DNA of 62,472 bases from Thermoanaerobaculia bacterium (GTDB lineage: Bacteria; Acidobacteriota; Thermoanaerobaculia; UBA5066; Gp7-AA6), in contig JBGPCK010000003.1 in NCBI GenBank assembly GCA_041481715.1, positions 1 to 62,472 on the forward strand. The letters are read 5' to 3'. A program made the position numbers and the translations under genes. The notes under the pieces were generated by a model that saw nothing but the letters and a program-made list of their open reading frames with translations, was not told where the DNA came from and did not search any database. This document shows, piece by piece, positions 20,606 to 30,924 of the stretch. The number at the start of each line of letters is the position of its first letter. The first letter of the stretch is position 1.

Positions 20606-21613
20606 GTGACTCTGGAACCCAAAACGGTGGTCTTGATCCGGGGTGATGGCATCGGGCCGGAGGTGGCCGACGCGGTGATCTCCATCCTCGACAAGGCTCG
20701 TGCGCCGCTGATCTTCGAGGAGGCCGTCGTGGGGCGGGAGGCCGAAAAGAGAGAGGGCGACCCCCTGCCCGCGCGCGTGCTCGACGCAATCCGGAGGCAC
20801 CGCGTGGCGTTGAAGGGCCCGGTCGCAACGCCAATCGGGGAGGGCTTTGCGTCGGTCAACGTGCGGCTACGCCAAACGCTGGAGCTCTACGCCAACCTGC
20901 GACCCGTGCGGAACATCCCGTCGGTCACGACCCGGTTCCAGAATGTGGATCTGGTCGTCATCCGCGAGAACACGGAAGACCTGTATGCCGGCCTCGAGCA
21001 CGTGGTCGTTCCCGGTGTGGTCGAGTCGCTCAAGATCATCACCGAGGTCGCCTCGACGCGCATCGCGCGGTACGCCTTCGCGTACGCACGGCGCCAGGGG
21101 AGACGGCGCGTCACGGCCGTGCACAAGGCCAACATCATGAAGCTGTCCGACGGGCTCTTCCTCGACTGTTTCCGGCGCGTCGCCGAGTCCTATCCCGACA
21201 TCCAGGCCGACGATCGGATCGTCGATGCGACATGCATGCGGCTGGTCATGAACCCCGAGGTCTTCGACGTGCTGCTTCTCGAGAACCTCTACGGAGACAT
21301 CGTCTCGGACCTCGCCGCGGGTCTGGTGGGGGGCCTCGGCCTCGTGCCGGGCGCGAACCTCGGAACGGAGATCGCGATCTTCGAGGCGGTGCACGGCACG
21401 GCGCCGGACATCGCCGGGCAGGACCGCGCAAATCCAACCGCGTTGCTCCTCTCGGCGATCCTGATGCTCCGGCACCTGGAGCTGCCGGCGCTCGCGGAGC
21501 AGGTCGAGAAGGCACTTTACGCGACGCTGGCCGCCGGCATCCGGACGCCGGACATCGGAGGGTCGGTGGGCACGCGCGCATTCGCGAGGGCCGTGGCGGA
21601 GCGGCTTGCCTGA
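20606..21613 (+). CDS. NAD-dependent isocitrate/isopropylmalate dehydrogenase family protein
   Basis: 335-aa ORF with GDGIGPEV, RENTEDLYAG and NLYGDIVSDL. The start is uncertain because the GTG at 20606 overlaps the AAGGAG. Confidence 0.85.
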   Translation: MTLEPKTVVLIRGDGIGPEVADAVISILDKARAPLIFEEAVVGREAEKREGDPLPARVLDAIRRHRVALKGPVATPIGEGFASVNVRLRQTLELYANLRPVRNIPSVTTRFQNVDLVVIRENTEDLYAGLEHVVVPGVVESLKIITEVASTRIARYAFAYARRQGRRRVTAVHKANIMKLSDGLFLDCFRRVAESYPDIQADDRIVDATCMRLVMNPEVFDVLLLENLYGDIVSDLAAGLVGGLGLVPGANLGTEIAIFEAVHGTAPDIAGQDRANPTALLLSAILMLRHLELPALAEQVEKALYATLAAGIRTPDIGGSVGTRAFARAVAERLA

Positions 21614-21626
21614 GCCCGCGCGGCAA

Positions 21627-22232
21627 ATGGAATCCCTCCGGGGCCGGTACCCGGCCTCACCCGACGAGGAGATCTGGGCCGACGAGCCCTTCGAGACCGC
21701 CCTCGCCTTCGGCCGCCGGGCGCCGCTCGAGGTCGAGATCGGCAGCGGGAAGGCCCGCTTCCTGATCGAGTCGGCCCGCCGGAATCCGGGCAACGACTTT
21801 CTGGGCTTGGAGCTCTCGCTCGCGTACTACCGCGTTTGTCGCGACCGCCTCGCTCGGGCCGGACTCTCCAATGCCCGGATTGTCCGGGCCGATGGGCGGC
21901 GGTTCGCGCAGGCGGCCCTTCCCCCCGCCTCCGTCCGCGTCTTCCACGTTTACTTTCCCGACCCCTGGCCGAAAAAGAGGCAGCGCAAGAGGCGGGTTCT
22001 CGACGGCGCGGGGCTCGCGATCCTCTCGTCGCGGCTCGAGCCGGCGGGACTGTTGCGCATCGCGACCGACCACGCCGACTACGCGGCGATGATCGAGCCT
22101 CTCTTTCTGACTGTACCGAGCCTCGAGCGGCTCGATTGGGGCTGCCTCTCAGCGCCTCCCGAGACCAACTACGAACGCAAGTACCGGGAGGAGGGAAGGC
22201 CCATCTGGCGGTTTCTCCTGCGCCGATGCTGA
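21627..22232 (+). CDS. trmB: tRNA (guanine46-N7)-methyltransferase
   Basis: It has EIGSGKARF, FPDPWPKKRQRKRR and TDHADYA. The ATG at 21627 is preferred over the TTG at 21606. Confidence 0.85.
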   Translation: MESLRGRYPASPDEEIWADEPFETALAFGRRAPLEVEIGSGKARFLIESARRNPGNDFLGLELSLAYYRVCRDRLARAGLSNARIVRADGRRFAQAALPPASVRVFHVYFPDPWPKKRQRKRRVLDGAGLAILSSRLEPAGLLRIATDHADYAAMIEPLFLTVPSLERLDWGCLSAPPETNYERKYREEGRPIWRFLLRRC

Positions 22233-22245
22233 GGTCCCGGGCTTG

Positions 22246-22815
22246 CTAGACCTCCGACGGCGGTAACCCCTCGAACGAAGCGACGCGCCGAAGGAAGCGT
22301 ACGAAATACTGCGTACCCGATAGAAGCGCCACCGCAACGACGATCCACAGGGCTGCCTTGCCGGGAACGACGAAGAAATCATGGCGCAAAGCGAGGATCA
22401 GAAGGGACGCCGCTAGGATCTGCGAGAGCATTTTCGCCTTGCCCCAGCCCGACGCGGGGATCACGATGCCCTGGCCCGAGGCGATCGCCCGCAGTCCCGA
22501 CACGGCGAACTCCCGGCCGACGATGACAACCACCATCCACGCGGGCGCGAGCCCGAGCTCAACCAGCGAAATGAAGACGGCCGAGATGAGCAGCTTGTCG
22601 GCGATCGGATCGAGCAACGTGCCGAAGGTCGTGATCTGTCCCCGCCGGCGCGCGAGCCAGCCGTCGAAAAAGTCTGTGGCTGTCGCGGTCAGAAAGATGA
22701 GGAGGCCGACGGTCTCGCGACCGTCGAACTTCGTCAGAAGCACCACCACCAGGAAGGGAACCAGGAAGATGCGCAGGAGTGTGAGGGAGTTGGGTAGGTT
22801 GAGCTTCAAGGACAT
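22246..22815 (-). CDS. pgsA: CDP-diacylglycerol--glycerol-3-phosphate 3-phosphatidyltransferase
   Basis: ORF trimmed to the ATG at 22815 (MSLKLNLPNSLTLLRI). It has the CDP-alcohol phosphotransferase motif DFFDGWLARR...G..LDPIADK. Confidence 0.9.
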   Translation of the reverse strand: MSLKLNLPNSLTLLRIFLVPFLVVVLLTKFDGRETVGLLIFLTATATDFFDGWLARRRGQITTFGTLLDPIADKLLISAVFISLVELGLAPAWMVVVIVGREFAVSGLRAIASGQGIVIPASGWGKAKMLSQILAASLLILALRHDFFVVPGKAALWIVVAVALLSGTQYFVRFLRRVASFEGLPPSEV

Positions 22816-23030
22816 CAGCGCGAGCAGGCTGTGGAAGAAGGGCGTGGTGCGGCGCCGGCGAGAGCTCTCAAGGCAGCCCGGACGCCCGGCTCCGGCTCTC
22901 GAATCTCTCGGGCGCCGTTGGCGAAACGACCGACGCCGGACGAGAGTTGGACACGACGCCCGCATCGATTCTTCGGCTGCCTGCGAGGCGCCGGTCCGGC
23001 GCAGGCGGTCACCCGTGGCTTTTTTGCGGG

Positions 23031-23058
23031 CCTCACGTCTTACGTCTCACGCCTCGAG
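23031..23058. repeat. 7-nt-period tandem repeat (CCTCACG TCTTACG TCTCACG CCTCGAG)
   Basis: Four heptads lie in the divergent pgsA / deacetylase promoter region. Confidence 0.5.
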
Positions 23059-23082
23059 CTTCTCCCCGGCGATAATACGCCC

Positions 23083-24516
23083 ATGAATCTCGCGTGCCCC
23101 GTCCATGAGGGCCGCCGCGCTCACCGAGGCTGTCACTACTGCCGAAAACCGATTTGCCGCCTCTGCGAGCTCGCGATGCGCGGCCACGTTTACTGCTCGC
23201 CGCGCTGTGCTCGCGAGGACGGCCGGCTCGCCTTCTGGAGGCCACTCGGTGAGCGCCTCGGGCGCCCCGTCCCGCCGCGCCTGGCCCTGGCGGTCGTGGC
23301 GCTCGGCGTGGCCGCGCCGATGCTCCTCGCCCTACGGACGGTCGGAGAGCTCGACCGGCTGAGCCGGCAGGCTTCCCCGCCGCCGCTTCGGCGCTTGCCT
23401 GCGGCACGGATCGAGACGGTAACAGACGCGCCTTCCGGGGCCCGTATCGAAGGAATCGCGTCGCCGGGCAGCGCCGTGTTTCTCTTCGGCGCGGCCGGCT
23501 TCGTGACGTCCGGCCCCGTGGCCGGCGGACGCTTCCACTTCGAAGGAGTGCGCGAGAAGGGCCCCTACCGCGTCGGGATTCTGCCCCTGTCGGCAGAAGC
23601 GGCCGCCCCCGCGTCGGCCGTTTCTCCACCGTTGGAGCGGCCGGCTCCGGCCGACAGGACTGGCGCGCCCGCCGAGTCCAGAATTTCCGCTGCCACACTG
23701 CCGCCCTTCACCGCGGCCCCACACCGGAGCTATCCGACTCCATCCGGCTCCGCTGCGTCCGTTTCTCCCTCGCTTCTCGTGCCCGATCTGACCCGTGGCC
23801 CGGCAGACCGGCCCGAGATCCTCGTGTCCTTCGACGCCGGCTCCTCCGACCGCGGCGCGCGCCAGATCCTCGACGCCCTGCGCGAGCGCGGCATCCGCAC
23901 CACGGTGTTCCTGACGGGTGACTTCATCCGACGTCACCCCGACCTCGCCCGCCGCGTTGCGAAAGACGGGCACGAGGTCGGCAACCATACCGACACGCAC
24001 CCGCACCTCACGACCTACGCCGAAGACGGACGTCAGGCGACGCGCCGGGGCGTCGATCGCGCATTCGTGGCAAGGCAGCTGCGAGCGACAGCCGAGGCCT
24101 GGCACGCGGCCACCGGAGGCACGCTGGCGCCGCTGTGGCGGGCTCCCTACGGAGAGCAAAACGGGCAGATCCGTGGCTGGGCAGCCCTGGAAGGATACTG
24201 GCACGTCGGCTGGACAGGCGGGCGCGCGGGACTGGATGGCCTCGACTGGGTCAGCGACCCCTCCTCGCACGCCTATCGGAGCGCGGGAAGAGTCGTCGAC
24301 CGCCTCGTTTCCCATGCCGAGAACGGTGGAATCATCCTGCTGCATCTGGGCAGCGACCGCGAGGACGCGGTAGCTCCGCGCCTGCCGGAGCTGCTCGACG
24401 CGCTCGCCCGCCGCGGCTTTAGCTTCTCACGAGCGTCGGACTTCCTGACCCGGATGGGTCTGACCGATGAGCGTCTCCTCGCGCTCGCGTCCAGAAACCG
24501 CTCGACCGCGCCTTGA
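23083..24516 (+). CDS. Cys-rich (B-box-like zinc finger) N-terminus + TM + polysaccharide deacetylase (NodB) domain protein
   Basis: ATG start at 23083 (MNLACPVHEGRRAHRGCHYCRKPICRLC...YCSPRC). A hydrophobic segment follows. The C-terminus has FDAGS.DRG...GHEVGNHTDTHPHL, typical of CE4 deacetylases. Confidence 0.75.
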   Translation: MNLACPVHEGRRAHRGCHYCRKPICRLCELAMRGHVYCSPRCAREDGRLAFWRPLGERLGRPVPPRLALAVVALGVAAPMLLALRTVGELDRLSRQASPPPLRRLPAARIETVTDAPSGARIEGIASPGSAVFLFGAAGFVTSGPVAGGRFHFEGVREKGPYRVGILPLSAEAAAPASAVSPPLERPAPADRTGAPAESRISAATLPPFTAAPHRSYPTPSGSAASVSPSLLVPDLTRGPADRPEILVSFDAGSSDRGARQILDALRERGIRTTVFLTGDFIRRHPDLARRVAKDGHEVGNHTDTHPHLTTYAEDGRQATRRGVDRAFVARQLRATAEAWHAATGGTLAPLWRAPYGEQNGQIRGWAALEGYWHVGWTGGRAGLDGLDWVSDPSSHAYRSAGRVVDRLVSHAENGGIILLHLGSDREDAVAPRLPELLDALARRGFSFSRASDFLTRMGLTDERLLALASRNRSTAP

Positions 24517-25946
24517 GCCTCCATCTGGGCACCGACGGCTGGCGCGGCCTCATCGCCGAGGACTGCACCTTCGAGGAGATCCGCCGCGTGGCGGCCGCGA
24601 CCGCGCGCTGGCTCGGCGGTAAGAGCGCTCCGACCGGGGCTAATTGTGTCGCCGTCGGCTACGACACCCGCTTCCTCTCGCCCGAGTTTGCATCCGCGGC
24701 GGCCGAGGAGCTCGCGCGGGCGGGAATCGCCGTCCTCCTGTCGGATCGCGCGATCCCGACACCCGCCGTGTCGTACCACGTGCGGCGGCTTGGGCTCGCC
24801 GCCGGAGTCACAATCACGGCCAGCCACAATCCCGGCATCTACAACGGCTTCAAGATCAAGGCCGCGTTCGGCGGCAGCGCGACGCCGGAAATGTATGAGG
24901 CCGTCTCGCGCGAGGTGGGCAAACCCCCTCTCGAGCCTGCACGCCCTGGACACGTCGAGACGCGCGACCTCTACACTCCCTATCGGGATCGGCTGGCCTC
25001 GCTCGTCGACCTCGCGGCAATCCAATCGGCGGGGCTCGTCGTGCTTGCCGACGCCATGCACGGAGCGGCCGGTTCCCTCGTGGCGGAAATCGTCGACGGC
25101 GTCAAGACGCGTGTGATTTCTCTTCACGCCGCGCGGGACCCGCTCTTCGGCGGCGTTCACCCCGAGCCGATCGCCTCGAACCTATCCGAGGCGGGCGAGC
25201 GTGTGCGCGCGGAGGGGATCGACCTCGCGGTCGCCAACGACGGTGACGCCGACCGGTTGGGGGTCCTCGACCAACGGGGTGAGTTCGTGTCGCCGCATCG
25301 GGTTCTCGCCCTGTTGCTCCTGCACGCCTTTCGCCGCCGCGGCCTCTCGGGTGGAATCGCCCGGACGTTCTCGACGTCTCTGCTGATCGACCGTGTGGCC
25401 TCCGCGCTTGGGGCGCCGGTCTTCGAGACGCCCATCGGCTTCAAGCACGTTGCCGAGCTGATGAACCGGGGAGAGGTGGTCGCGGGGGGCGAGGAGAGCG
25501 GCGGCTACGCTTTCGCCTTTCACCTGCCCGAGCGGGACGGCGTGCTCGCGGCGCTCCTGCTACTGGAAAGCCTCGCCCTCTCCGGGCGGGACCTGGACGG
25601 CGCGCTCGAGGAGCTGGCGCGCGAGTTCGGCGCCTTCGCCTACGGACGGCGGGACGTGTATCTGCCGGTGCCGGTGATCCGCGCTTTCCTGGAGGAAGTC
25701 CGGGCGGCCCCTCCCGAGCGGGTGGCCGACGAGGCGGTCACTGAGGTACGGGATCTGGACGGCGTCAAGTACGTACTCGACGGGCGTGGCTGGCTGCTTC
25801 ATCGACTCTCGGGCACCGAGCCCATGATCCGGCTCTACTGCGAGCACGAACGTGAGCACACCGCGCGGCGCGCGCTCGACGAGGCCCAGAAGCGGCTCGG
25901 AAACTTCGCAGCGGCTCGAGGCGTCCAGCCCCGAGCGCACCTGTAA
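24513..25946 (+). CDS. Phosphoglucomutase/phosphomannomutase family protein
   Basis: 477-aa ORF whose TTG start overlaps the upstream stop (TTGA). It has the TASHNP catalytic Ser loop, DGDADR metal loop and GEESGG sugar loop. Confidence 0.85.
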   Translation: MSLHLGTDGWRGLIAEDCTFEEIRRVAAATARWLGGKSAPTGANCVAVGYDTRFLSPEFASAAAEELARAGIAVLLSDRAIPTPAVSYHVRRLGLAAGVTITASHNPGIYNGFKIKAAFGGSATPEMYEAVSREVGKPPLEPARPGHVETRDLYTPYRDRLASLVDLAAIQSAGLVVLADAMHGAAGSLVAEIVDGVKTRVISLHAARDPLFGGVHPEPIASNLSEAGERVRAEGIDLAVANDGDADRLGVLDQRGEFVSPHRVLALLLLHAFRRRGLSGGIARTFSTSLLIDRVASALGAPVFETPIGFKHVAELMNRGEVVAGGEESGGYAFAFHLPERDGVLAALLLLESLALSGRDLDGALEELAREFGAFAYGRRDVYLPVPVIRAFLEEVRAAPPERVADEAVTEVRDLDGVKYVLDGRGWLLHRLSGTEPMIRLYCEHEREHTARRALDEAQKRLGNFAAARGVQPRAHL

Positions 25947-25956
25947 TCGTCTGCGG

Positions 25957-27402
25957 TCAGATCCGACGGCGGTCGGCGGCGCCGGCCCCACGGTCGGTGG
26001 CCCGACGACGCGGGCGCGGAGGCTCGGTCAGAACGGTGCCCTCCCCCTCGAAACGGACTTTGGGGGCACTCGCAGAATCGGGCTGCATGACCTCCTCGAG
26101 GAACCGGTCCTCGAGGACGGCGGGAAGCAAGTTCCCGGTCCACGCGACGAGGTCGTGCGCCGAGACGATCAGGGGGAAGTCCGCCGAGACCTCGTGCGCC
26201 AAGAGCGGCCCCGTCACCGAGAGGATCACGCTGCCCCGCCCCTGGATCCGAAGGATGTCCACGCGCCGGTTCATCCGGAAGTCGTGGATCGGCTCGAGAC
26301 GGAAGGAGAGACCGTGATCGAGCGCCAGTAGCCGGCTCCCCTCGAGCGAGAGCGACTGCCCGGACAGGTCCCGCCGGAAGGCGTGCCGTCCCGGGTCGTT
26401 GACGAAAAGATAGCCCCGGCCGTCGGCCCTCAGGATGCTCTCCAGGCGCGTGCCCCGAAAAGCCTGCTCGGCAGTGTATCGGAGGTTGCCGCTGTACCAG
26501 ACGACCGAGCCCTTTCGCACGTAGACCACGCCCGGTGACGCGATTTCGAGGGCTCCGTCCGCCCGCACGACGAAGAGCGGATGGGCCTCGGCCGGCCGGT
26601 CGGCGGCAATCTCTTCCGTCCATCCTTCCGTGCTGGGCTCGCGCTCGATCTCCCGCGTCGGCTCCGGCTCGGCCGGCTCGCTCGGAGCCGTCTCGCGCGG
26701 CGGGCCCACGGGAGCGTCGGAGCCCGAAGGCGGGACGGGTGTCTCGGCCGTGTCCGAAATCGAGGCCAGCCGCAGGAGGGTGCGGGCGGGGATCTCCGGC
26801 TCTGGCGCGTCGCCGTGAACCGCCGCGGGCTCGGCTTCGCCGATCGGCAAGAAGGGCGGCGGCTCGGAAACCCTCGGCGCCTCTCCGGCGGCTGCGCTGC
26901 GCTCAACCGCCACGGGTGTCCGCGCCCGCAGCGCGTCTTCGAGTTCCGACACGAGCTTCTTGGCGCCCGCAAACCGCAGATGCTCGAGCGCGAGACCGAG
27001 CTTGCCCCGGTTGCGATAGAGGAGCCCCAGGTAGAGGTGGCTCCTCGCGTGGTCCGGCTTGATCTCGACCGCGCGCCGCAACTCCTGCTCCGCGTCCTCG
27101 AGCAGTCCGGCCTTGAAGAGAATGAGACCCAGGTTCGCGTGCAGGACCGCCGAGTCGGGATTCTTTTGCAGCAGGACCCGCGCCGCCTGCGCTGCCTGGA
27201 GGAAGTTGCCCCGCTTGAACTCGAGGATCGAGAGCAGGTTCAAGACATCCTCGTCCTCTGGACGCAGCATCTGCGCCTGCTCGAGCTCCTGGCGCGCCGC
27301 GTCGAGCCGCCCCTCCCGCAGACTCTTGCGCACGCGGATCAGGTGGACGAGAAAGACGCCCTGATCGATCGAAGGGGTTTCGCCGGGGGCTCGCGCGACC
27401 AT
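25957..27402 (-). CDS. TPR + AIM24-family (DUF124) fusion protein
   Basis: 481-aa ORF. About 150 aa of TPR repeats at the N-terminus are followed by a P/E-rich linker. The C-terminal ~230 aa resemble AIM24/DUF124 beta-rich sequence (LLALDHGLSF...ILRIQGRGSVIL...). Confidence 0.7.
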   Translation of the reverse strand: MVARAPGETPSIDQGVFLVHLIRVRKSLREGRLDAARQELEQAQMLRPEDEDVLNLLSILEFKRGNFLQAAQAARVLLQKNPDSAVLHANLGLILFKAGLLEDAEQELRRAVEIKPDHARSHLYLGLLYRNRGKLGLALEHLRFAGAKKLVSELEDALRARTPVAVERSAAAGEAPRVSEPPPFLPIGEAEPAAVHGDAPEPEIPARTLLRLASISDTAETPVPPSGSDAPVGPPRETAPSEPAEPEPTREIEREPSTEGWTEEIAADRPAEAHPLFVVRADGALEIASPGVVYVRKGSVVWYSGNLRYTAEQAFRGTRLESILRADGRGYLFVNDPGRHAFRRDLSGQSLSLEGSRLLALDHGLSFRLEPIHDFRMNRRVDILRIQGRGSVILSVTGPLLAHEVSADFPLIVSAHDLVAWTGNLLPAVLEDRFLEEVMQPDSASAPKVRFEGEGTVLTEPPRPRRRATDRGAGAADRRRI

Positions 27403-27415
27403 TGGCCCTCCTCCG

Positions 27416-28126
27416 CTAGAGGGCTTCGCGGCCCGCGGGAGGCCGTCGGAACGGTTCGGTCGTCAGAACCAGCCGGTTGTTCGCGTCCCGAGTGACCCGG
27501 ACCGGCCGGCCCTTGGCGGCGCCATAGGTCGTTTGGGAGGGAAGACCGAAGCCGCCACCGAGCGATGACTTGCCGTAGTAGGCCGTCAGGGCCTTGTGCA
27601 CGTAGAGCCTCGTTTCGTCGTACGGCGGGATCCCGCCATAGCGCAACACCGCCGCCTCGCCCGCATTGTATGCCGCGAGCGACTTGGACAAGTCGTTGCC
27701 GAAGAGGCCCATCAGGTAGGACAGATGCCGCGCACCGCCGCGGATGTTCTCGGTAGGATCGAAGATGTCGCCAACGCCGTGCCGCGCTGCGGTCTCCGGC
27801 ATCAGCTGCATGAGGCCGCGTGCTCCTTTGCGCGACACGGCGGCCGGGTTGAAGGCGGATTCGACGAGCATCACAGACTTGACGAGCTTCGGATCGAGCG
27901 AGTGGACCCGGGCCGCCTCATCGATCAAGCCGTCGTAGAGCGAAGGCGTCGAAACCCGCAGCGTCAGCCAGTCGTCGCTCTTTGCCAGAGCCGCGTGCAC
28001 CGACTCGCCGATGCCGTCGTTGTAGACGATCCGGTGGCCATCCTTCCAAGCCGTGCGCACCCGCGCGTGCGCCGGAGGGCAGCAGGAGAAAAAAATACCC
28101 AGGCCGATGAGGCCTCTCCAGTTCAT
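27416..28126 (-). CDS. Lytic transglycosylase (SLT domain)
   Basis: ORF trimmed to the ATG at 28126 (MNWRGLIGLGIFFSCC..). It has ESAFNPAAVSRKGARGLMQL and AAYNAGEAAV. Confidence 0.85.
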   Translation of the reverse strand: MNWRGLIGLGIFFSCCPPAHARVRTAWKDGHRIVYNDGIGESVHAALAKSDDWLTLRVSTPSLYDGLIDEAARVHSLDPKLVKSVMLVESAFNPAAVSRKGARGLMQLMPETAARHGVGDIFDPTENIRGGARHLSYLMGLFGNDLSKSLAAYNAGEAAVLRYGGIPPYDETRLYVHKALTAYYGKSSLGGGFGLPSQTTYGAAKGRPVRVTRDANNRLVLTTEPFRRPPAGREAL

Positions 28127-28248
28127 TGCGATTTTTCGGTTCGAGCCCGAGACTCTAGGCATTATAGCGCAGGGCAAAGGGTGGAGCCGAACGAGATGGA
28201 GAGGAGAGCCACCGGCGGGCCGAAACCGTCGCTGTTCCGCCTCCCACT

Positions 28249-30924
28249 TCACGAGACTTCCGCCACCTCTCCCAGGAGCTCCCGCAACGCCGCCTCCGCT
28301 TCCGCTAGGGCCGCCGGCAGCAGGGCCTCGTTCTTTCCGCCGGCCTGCGCCAGCTCTGCCTTGCCGCCGCCACTGCCGCCGAGGACCTTCCCGATGCGGG
28401 CCGCGAGCCGGGACGCGGGCACCCGCACCGACAGGTCGGGCGTTACCGCGGCCACTACCGAGGTCTTCCCCTCATGCGCGGTACCCACGACGACGACCCC
28501 GCTCTTGATCCGCGCGCGCAAAGTGTCGGAGAGGTTACGCAGCTCCGGGATCGACAGGCCCGGAGCGATCCGGCGCACCAGGGAAATGCCCCCAACATCG
28601 ACGGTCTCGCCGGAGGCGCTCCCGTCACCGGAGGCGAGCTTCAAACGGAGCGACTGCAGCTCGCGCTCGAGCGCCTTGAGCCTTTCCTCGCGCTCCTGCC
28701 ACCGCTCGAGCAGCGACTCGCGCGGCGCCTGCGCCGCGGCGGAGATCTCGTTCAATGTCAGCTCGTCGCGGGACAAGAGCTCCACGGCGCCGAGAGACGT
28801 CACCGCCTCCAGCCGCCGCACTCCCGCCGCGAGCCCCTTGTCCGAGACGATCTTGAAGGCCCCGATCTCTCCCGTTCGTCCGACGTGACACCCGCCGCAG
28901 AGCTCCGTCGAGAAGCCCGGGACCTCGACGACGCGCACGCGCTCCCCGTACTTCTCGCCGAAGAACATGTCGGCGCCTCGGGACCGGGCCTCCTCCATCG
29001 CCACGACCTCTTTGGAGACCGGGTGGTCCCGGAGGATCTCCTCGTTGACCAGTCGCTCGATCTCCGAGAGCTGCGCCGGGGTCGTCGGGCTCGCGGCCGC
29101 GTAGTCGAAGCGCAATCGGTCGGGCGCGACGAGAGAGCCCATCTGCCGCGCCGAGGGCCCCAGCACCTGACGCAGCGCGGCGTGGAGCAGATGCGTGCCC
29201 GTGTGGTTCGCCTGCGTGCGCCGACGGGTCCACTCGGGCACGGACATCGTGACCGAGGCTCCGACCTCGAGCCTCCCCTGCGCGACCCGCAGGCGATGCA
29301 CGATCAAGCTCGGAATCGGTCGCCGCACGTCGGTGACCTCCGCCAGCCCGCCCGGCCAGGTCCACGTCCCCGTGTCCGCCACCTGGCCGCCCCCTTCGGG
29401 ATAGAAGATGGTCTTGTCGGCGACGGCCTCGCCGCTCTCGCCAATTTCCAGGCGCGAAACGGATCGTCCCTCCCGCAGGAGACCGACGAGCCGCGCCCCC
29501 TCGAGGGATACGAAGTCCAGCTCCGGATAGCCTCGGAAGACGGAATGCGGGTCCGGGAGCTCCAGCGACTCGTAAACCAGGACGTCGGCCGCCTCGAACT
29601 TTGCGGAAGCGCGGGAGCGCTGGCGCTGTCCCTCGAGTGCCTTCTGGAAGCCCTCCAGATCCACTTGCATCCCCTCGTCGTTGGCGATCTCGCGGATGAG
29701 CTCGAGCGGCACCCCGTGCGTGTCGTACATCGTAAAGACCTGGTCGCCGGAGAGAATCGAACGACCGAGCCGTCGATACCTTTCAATCTCGTCACCGACC
29801 AGGTCGATTGCAAACGACAGGGTCTTCGCAAACCGCTCTTCTTCGGCGAACAGCAAGCGCTGGATGCGCTCGATTGCCGACGCCGCCTCGCTCGAGTCGA
29901 AGAAAACGCCACGGAAGCCGGTAACGACGTCCTCGACGAGAGCACTCAGGATGGGACCGGGAAGCTCGAGCTGCCGGGCATACCGTAGGGCTCTCCGGAT
30001 GATTCGACGGAGCACGTAGCCTCGACCCTCGTTCGAAGGAAGAGCGCCGTCCGCCATGAGCATCGTTGTGGCCCGAGCATGATCGGCGATGACGCGAAAG
30101 GGGGCTGCGAGCACCGATACGTCTCTGCGGTACTGTTTTTGCGACAGCTGCTCGATTCTTTCGATGATCGGCCGAAAGAGGTCCGTGTCGAAGTTGTTGT
30201 GGACGCCCTGGAGGATCGCCGTCACTCTTTCGAGCCCCGCGCCGGTGTCGACGGAGGGCTTGGGCAGCGGCGACATCTTCCCCGAAGCGTCCCGCTCGAA
30301 CTGCATGAAAACGAGGTTCCAGATCTCGAGCGTGTCGTCCCCGGCGGCGTTGACGAGCTCCGCCCGGTTGCCGGCCGGATCCTCTCCCTGGTAGTAGTGG
30401 AGCTCCGAGCAGGGCCCGCAGGGCCCGGTCTCCCCCATCGCCCAGAAGTTGTCCTTCTCGCCGAAGCGCAGGATGCGCGCCGCCGGCAAGTGTCGCTCCC
30501 AGAGCTTCGCCGCTTCGTCGTCGTCCGTGTACACGGTGGCCCAGAGGCGCTCGGGATCGAGGCCATACCCCTTTTCCCGATCCGTCGTGAGCTCCCAGGC
30601 GAAACGGATGGCCTCGTCCTTGAAGTAGTCGCCGAAGGAGAAGTTGCCGAGCATCTCGAAGAAAGTGTGATGGCGGCCCGTGTAGCCGACATTGTCGAGA
30701 TCGTTGTGCTTGCCGCCCGCGCGCACGCACTTTTGCGAGCTCGTCGCGCGCTTGTAGTCGCGCTTCTCCCGGCCGGTGAAGACGTCCTTGAATTGATTCA
30801 TCCCGGCGTTGGTGAAGAGCAGCGTCGGGTCCTCGGCCGGGATTAAGGAAGACGAAGGGACGCGGCGGTGGCCACGCTCCTCGAAATACTTAAGGAATCT
30901 CTCCCGAACTTCCGTCGATCTCAT
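28249..30924 (-). CDS. alaS: Alanine--tRNA ligase
   Basis: 891-aa ORF with FTNAGMNQFK, the HTFFEMLGNFSFGDYFK motif, an editing domain and a C-Ala domain. Confidence 0.97.
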   Translation of the reverse strand: MRSTEVRERFLKYFEERGHRRVPSSSLIPAEDPTLLFTNAGMNQFKDVFTGREKRDYKRATSSQKCVRAGGKHNDLDNVGYTGRHHTFFEMLGNFSFGDYFKDEAIRFAWELTTDREKGYGLDPERLWATVYTDDDEAAKLWERHLPAARILRFGEKDNFWAMGETGPCGPCSELHYYQGEDPAGNRAELVNAAGDDTLEIWNLVFMQFERDASGKMSPLPKPSVDTGAGLERVTAILQGVHNNFDTDLFRPIIERIEQLSQKQYRRDVSVLAAPFRVIADHARATTMLMADGALPSNEGRGYVLRRIIRRALRYARQLELPGPILSALVEDVVTGFRGVFFDSSEAASAIERIQRLLFAEEERFAKTLSFAIDLVGDEIERYRRLGRSILSGDQVFTMYDTHGVPLELIREIANDEGMQVDLEGFQKALEGQRQRSRASAKFEAADVLVYESLELPDPHSVFRGYPELDFVSLEGARLVGLLREGRSVSRLEIGESGEAVADKTIFYPEGGGQVADTGTWTWPGGLAEVTDVRRPIPSLIVHRLRVAQGRLEVGASVTMSVPEWTRRRTQANHTGTHLLHAALRQVLGPSARQMGSLVAPDRLRFDYAAASPTTPAQLSEIERLVNEEILRDHPVSKEVVAMEEARSRGADMFFGEKYGERVRVVEVPGFSTELCGGCHVGRTGEIGAFKIVSDKGLAAGVRRLEAVTSLGAVELLSRDELTLNEISAAAQAPRESLLERWQEREERLKALERELQSLRLKLASGDGSASGETVDVGGISLVRRIAPGLSIPELRNLSDTLRARIKSGVVVVGTAHEGKTSVVAAVTPDLSVRVPASRLAARIGKVLGGSGGGKAELAQAGGKNEALLPAALAEAEAALRELLGEVAEVS

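Noticed and set aside
30890-30924. The 35-nt recX/alaS overlap as a sign of frameshift or fusion
   Set aside because: Both reading frames have their expected termini: an RecX C-terminal tail, and the canonical AlaS start MRSTEVRERFLKYF. This is plausibly a genuine overlap or a slightly shorter recX, and nothing further can be concluded.
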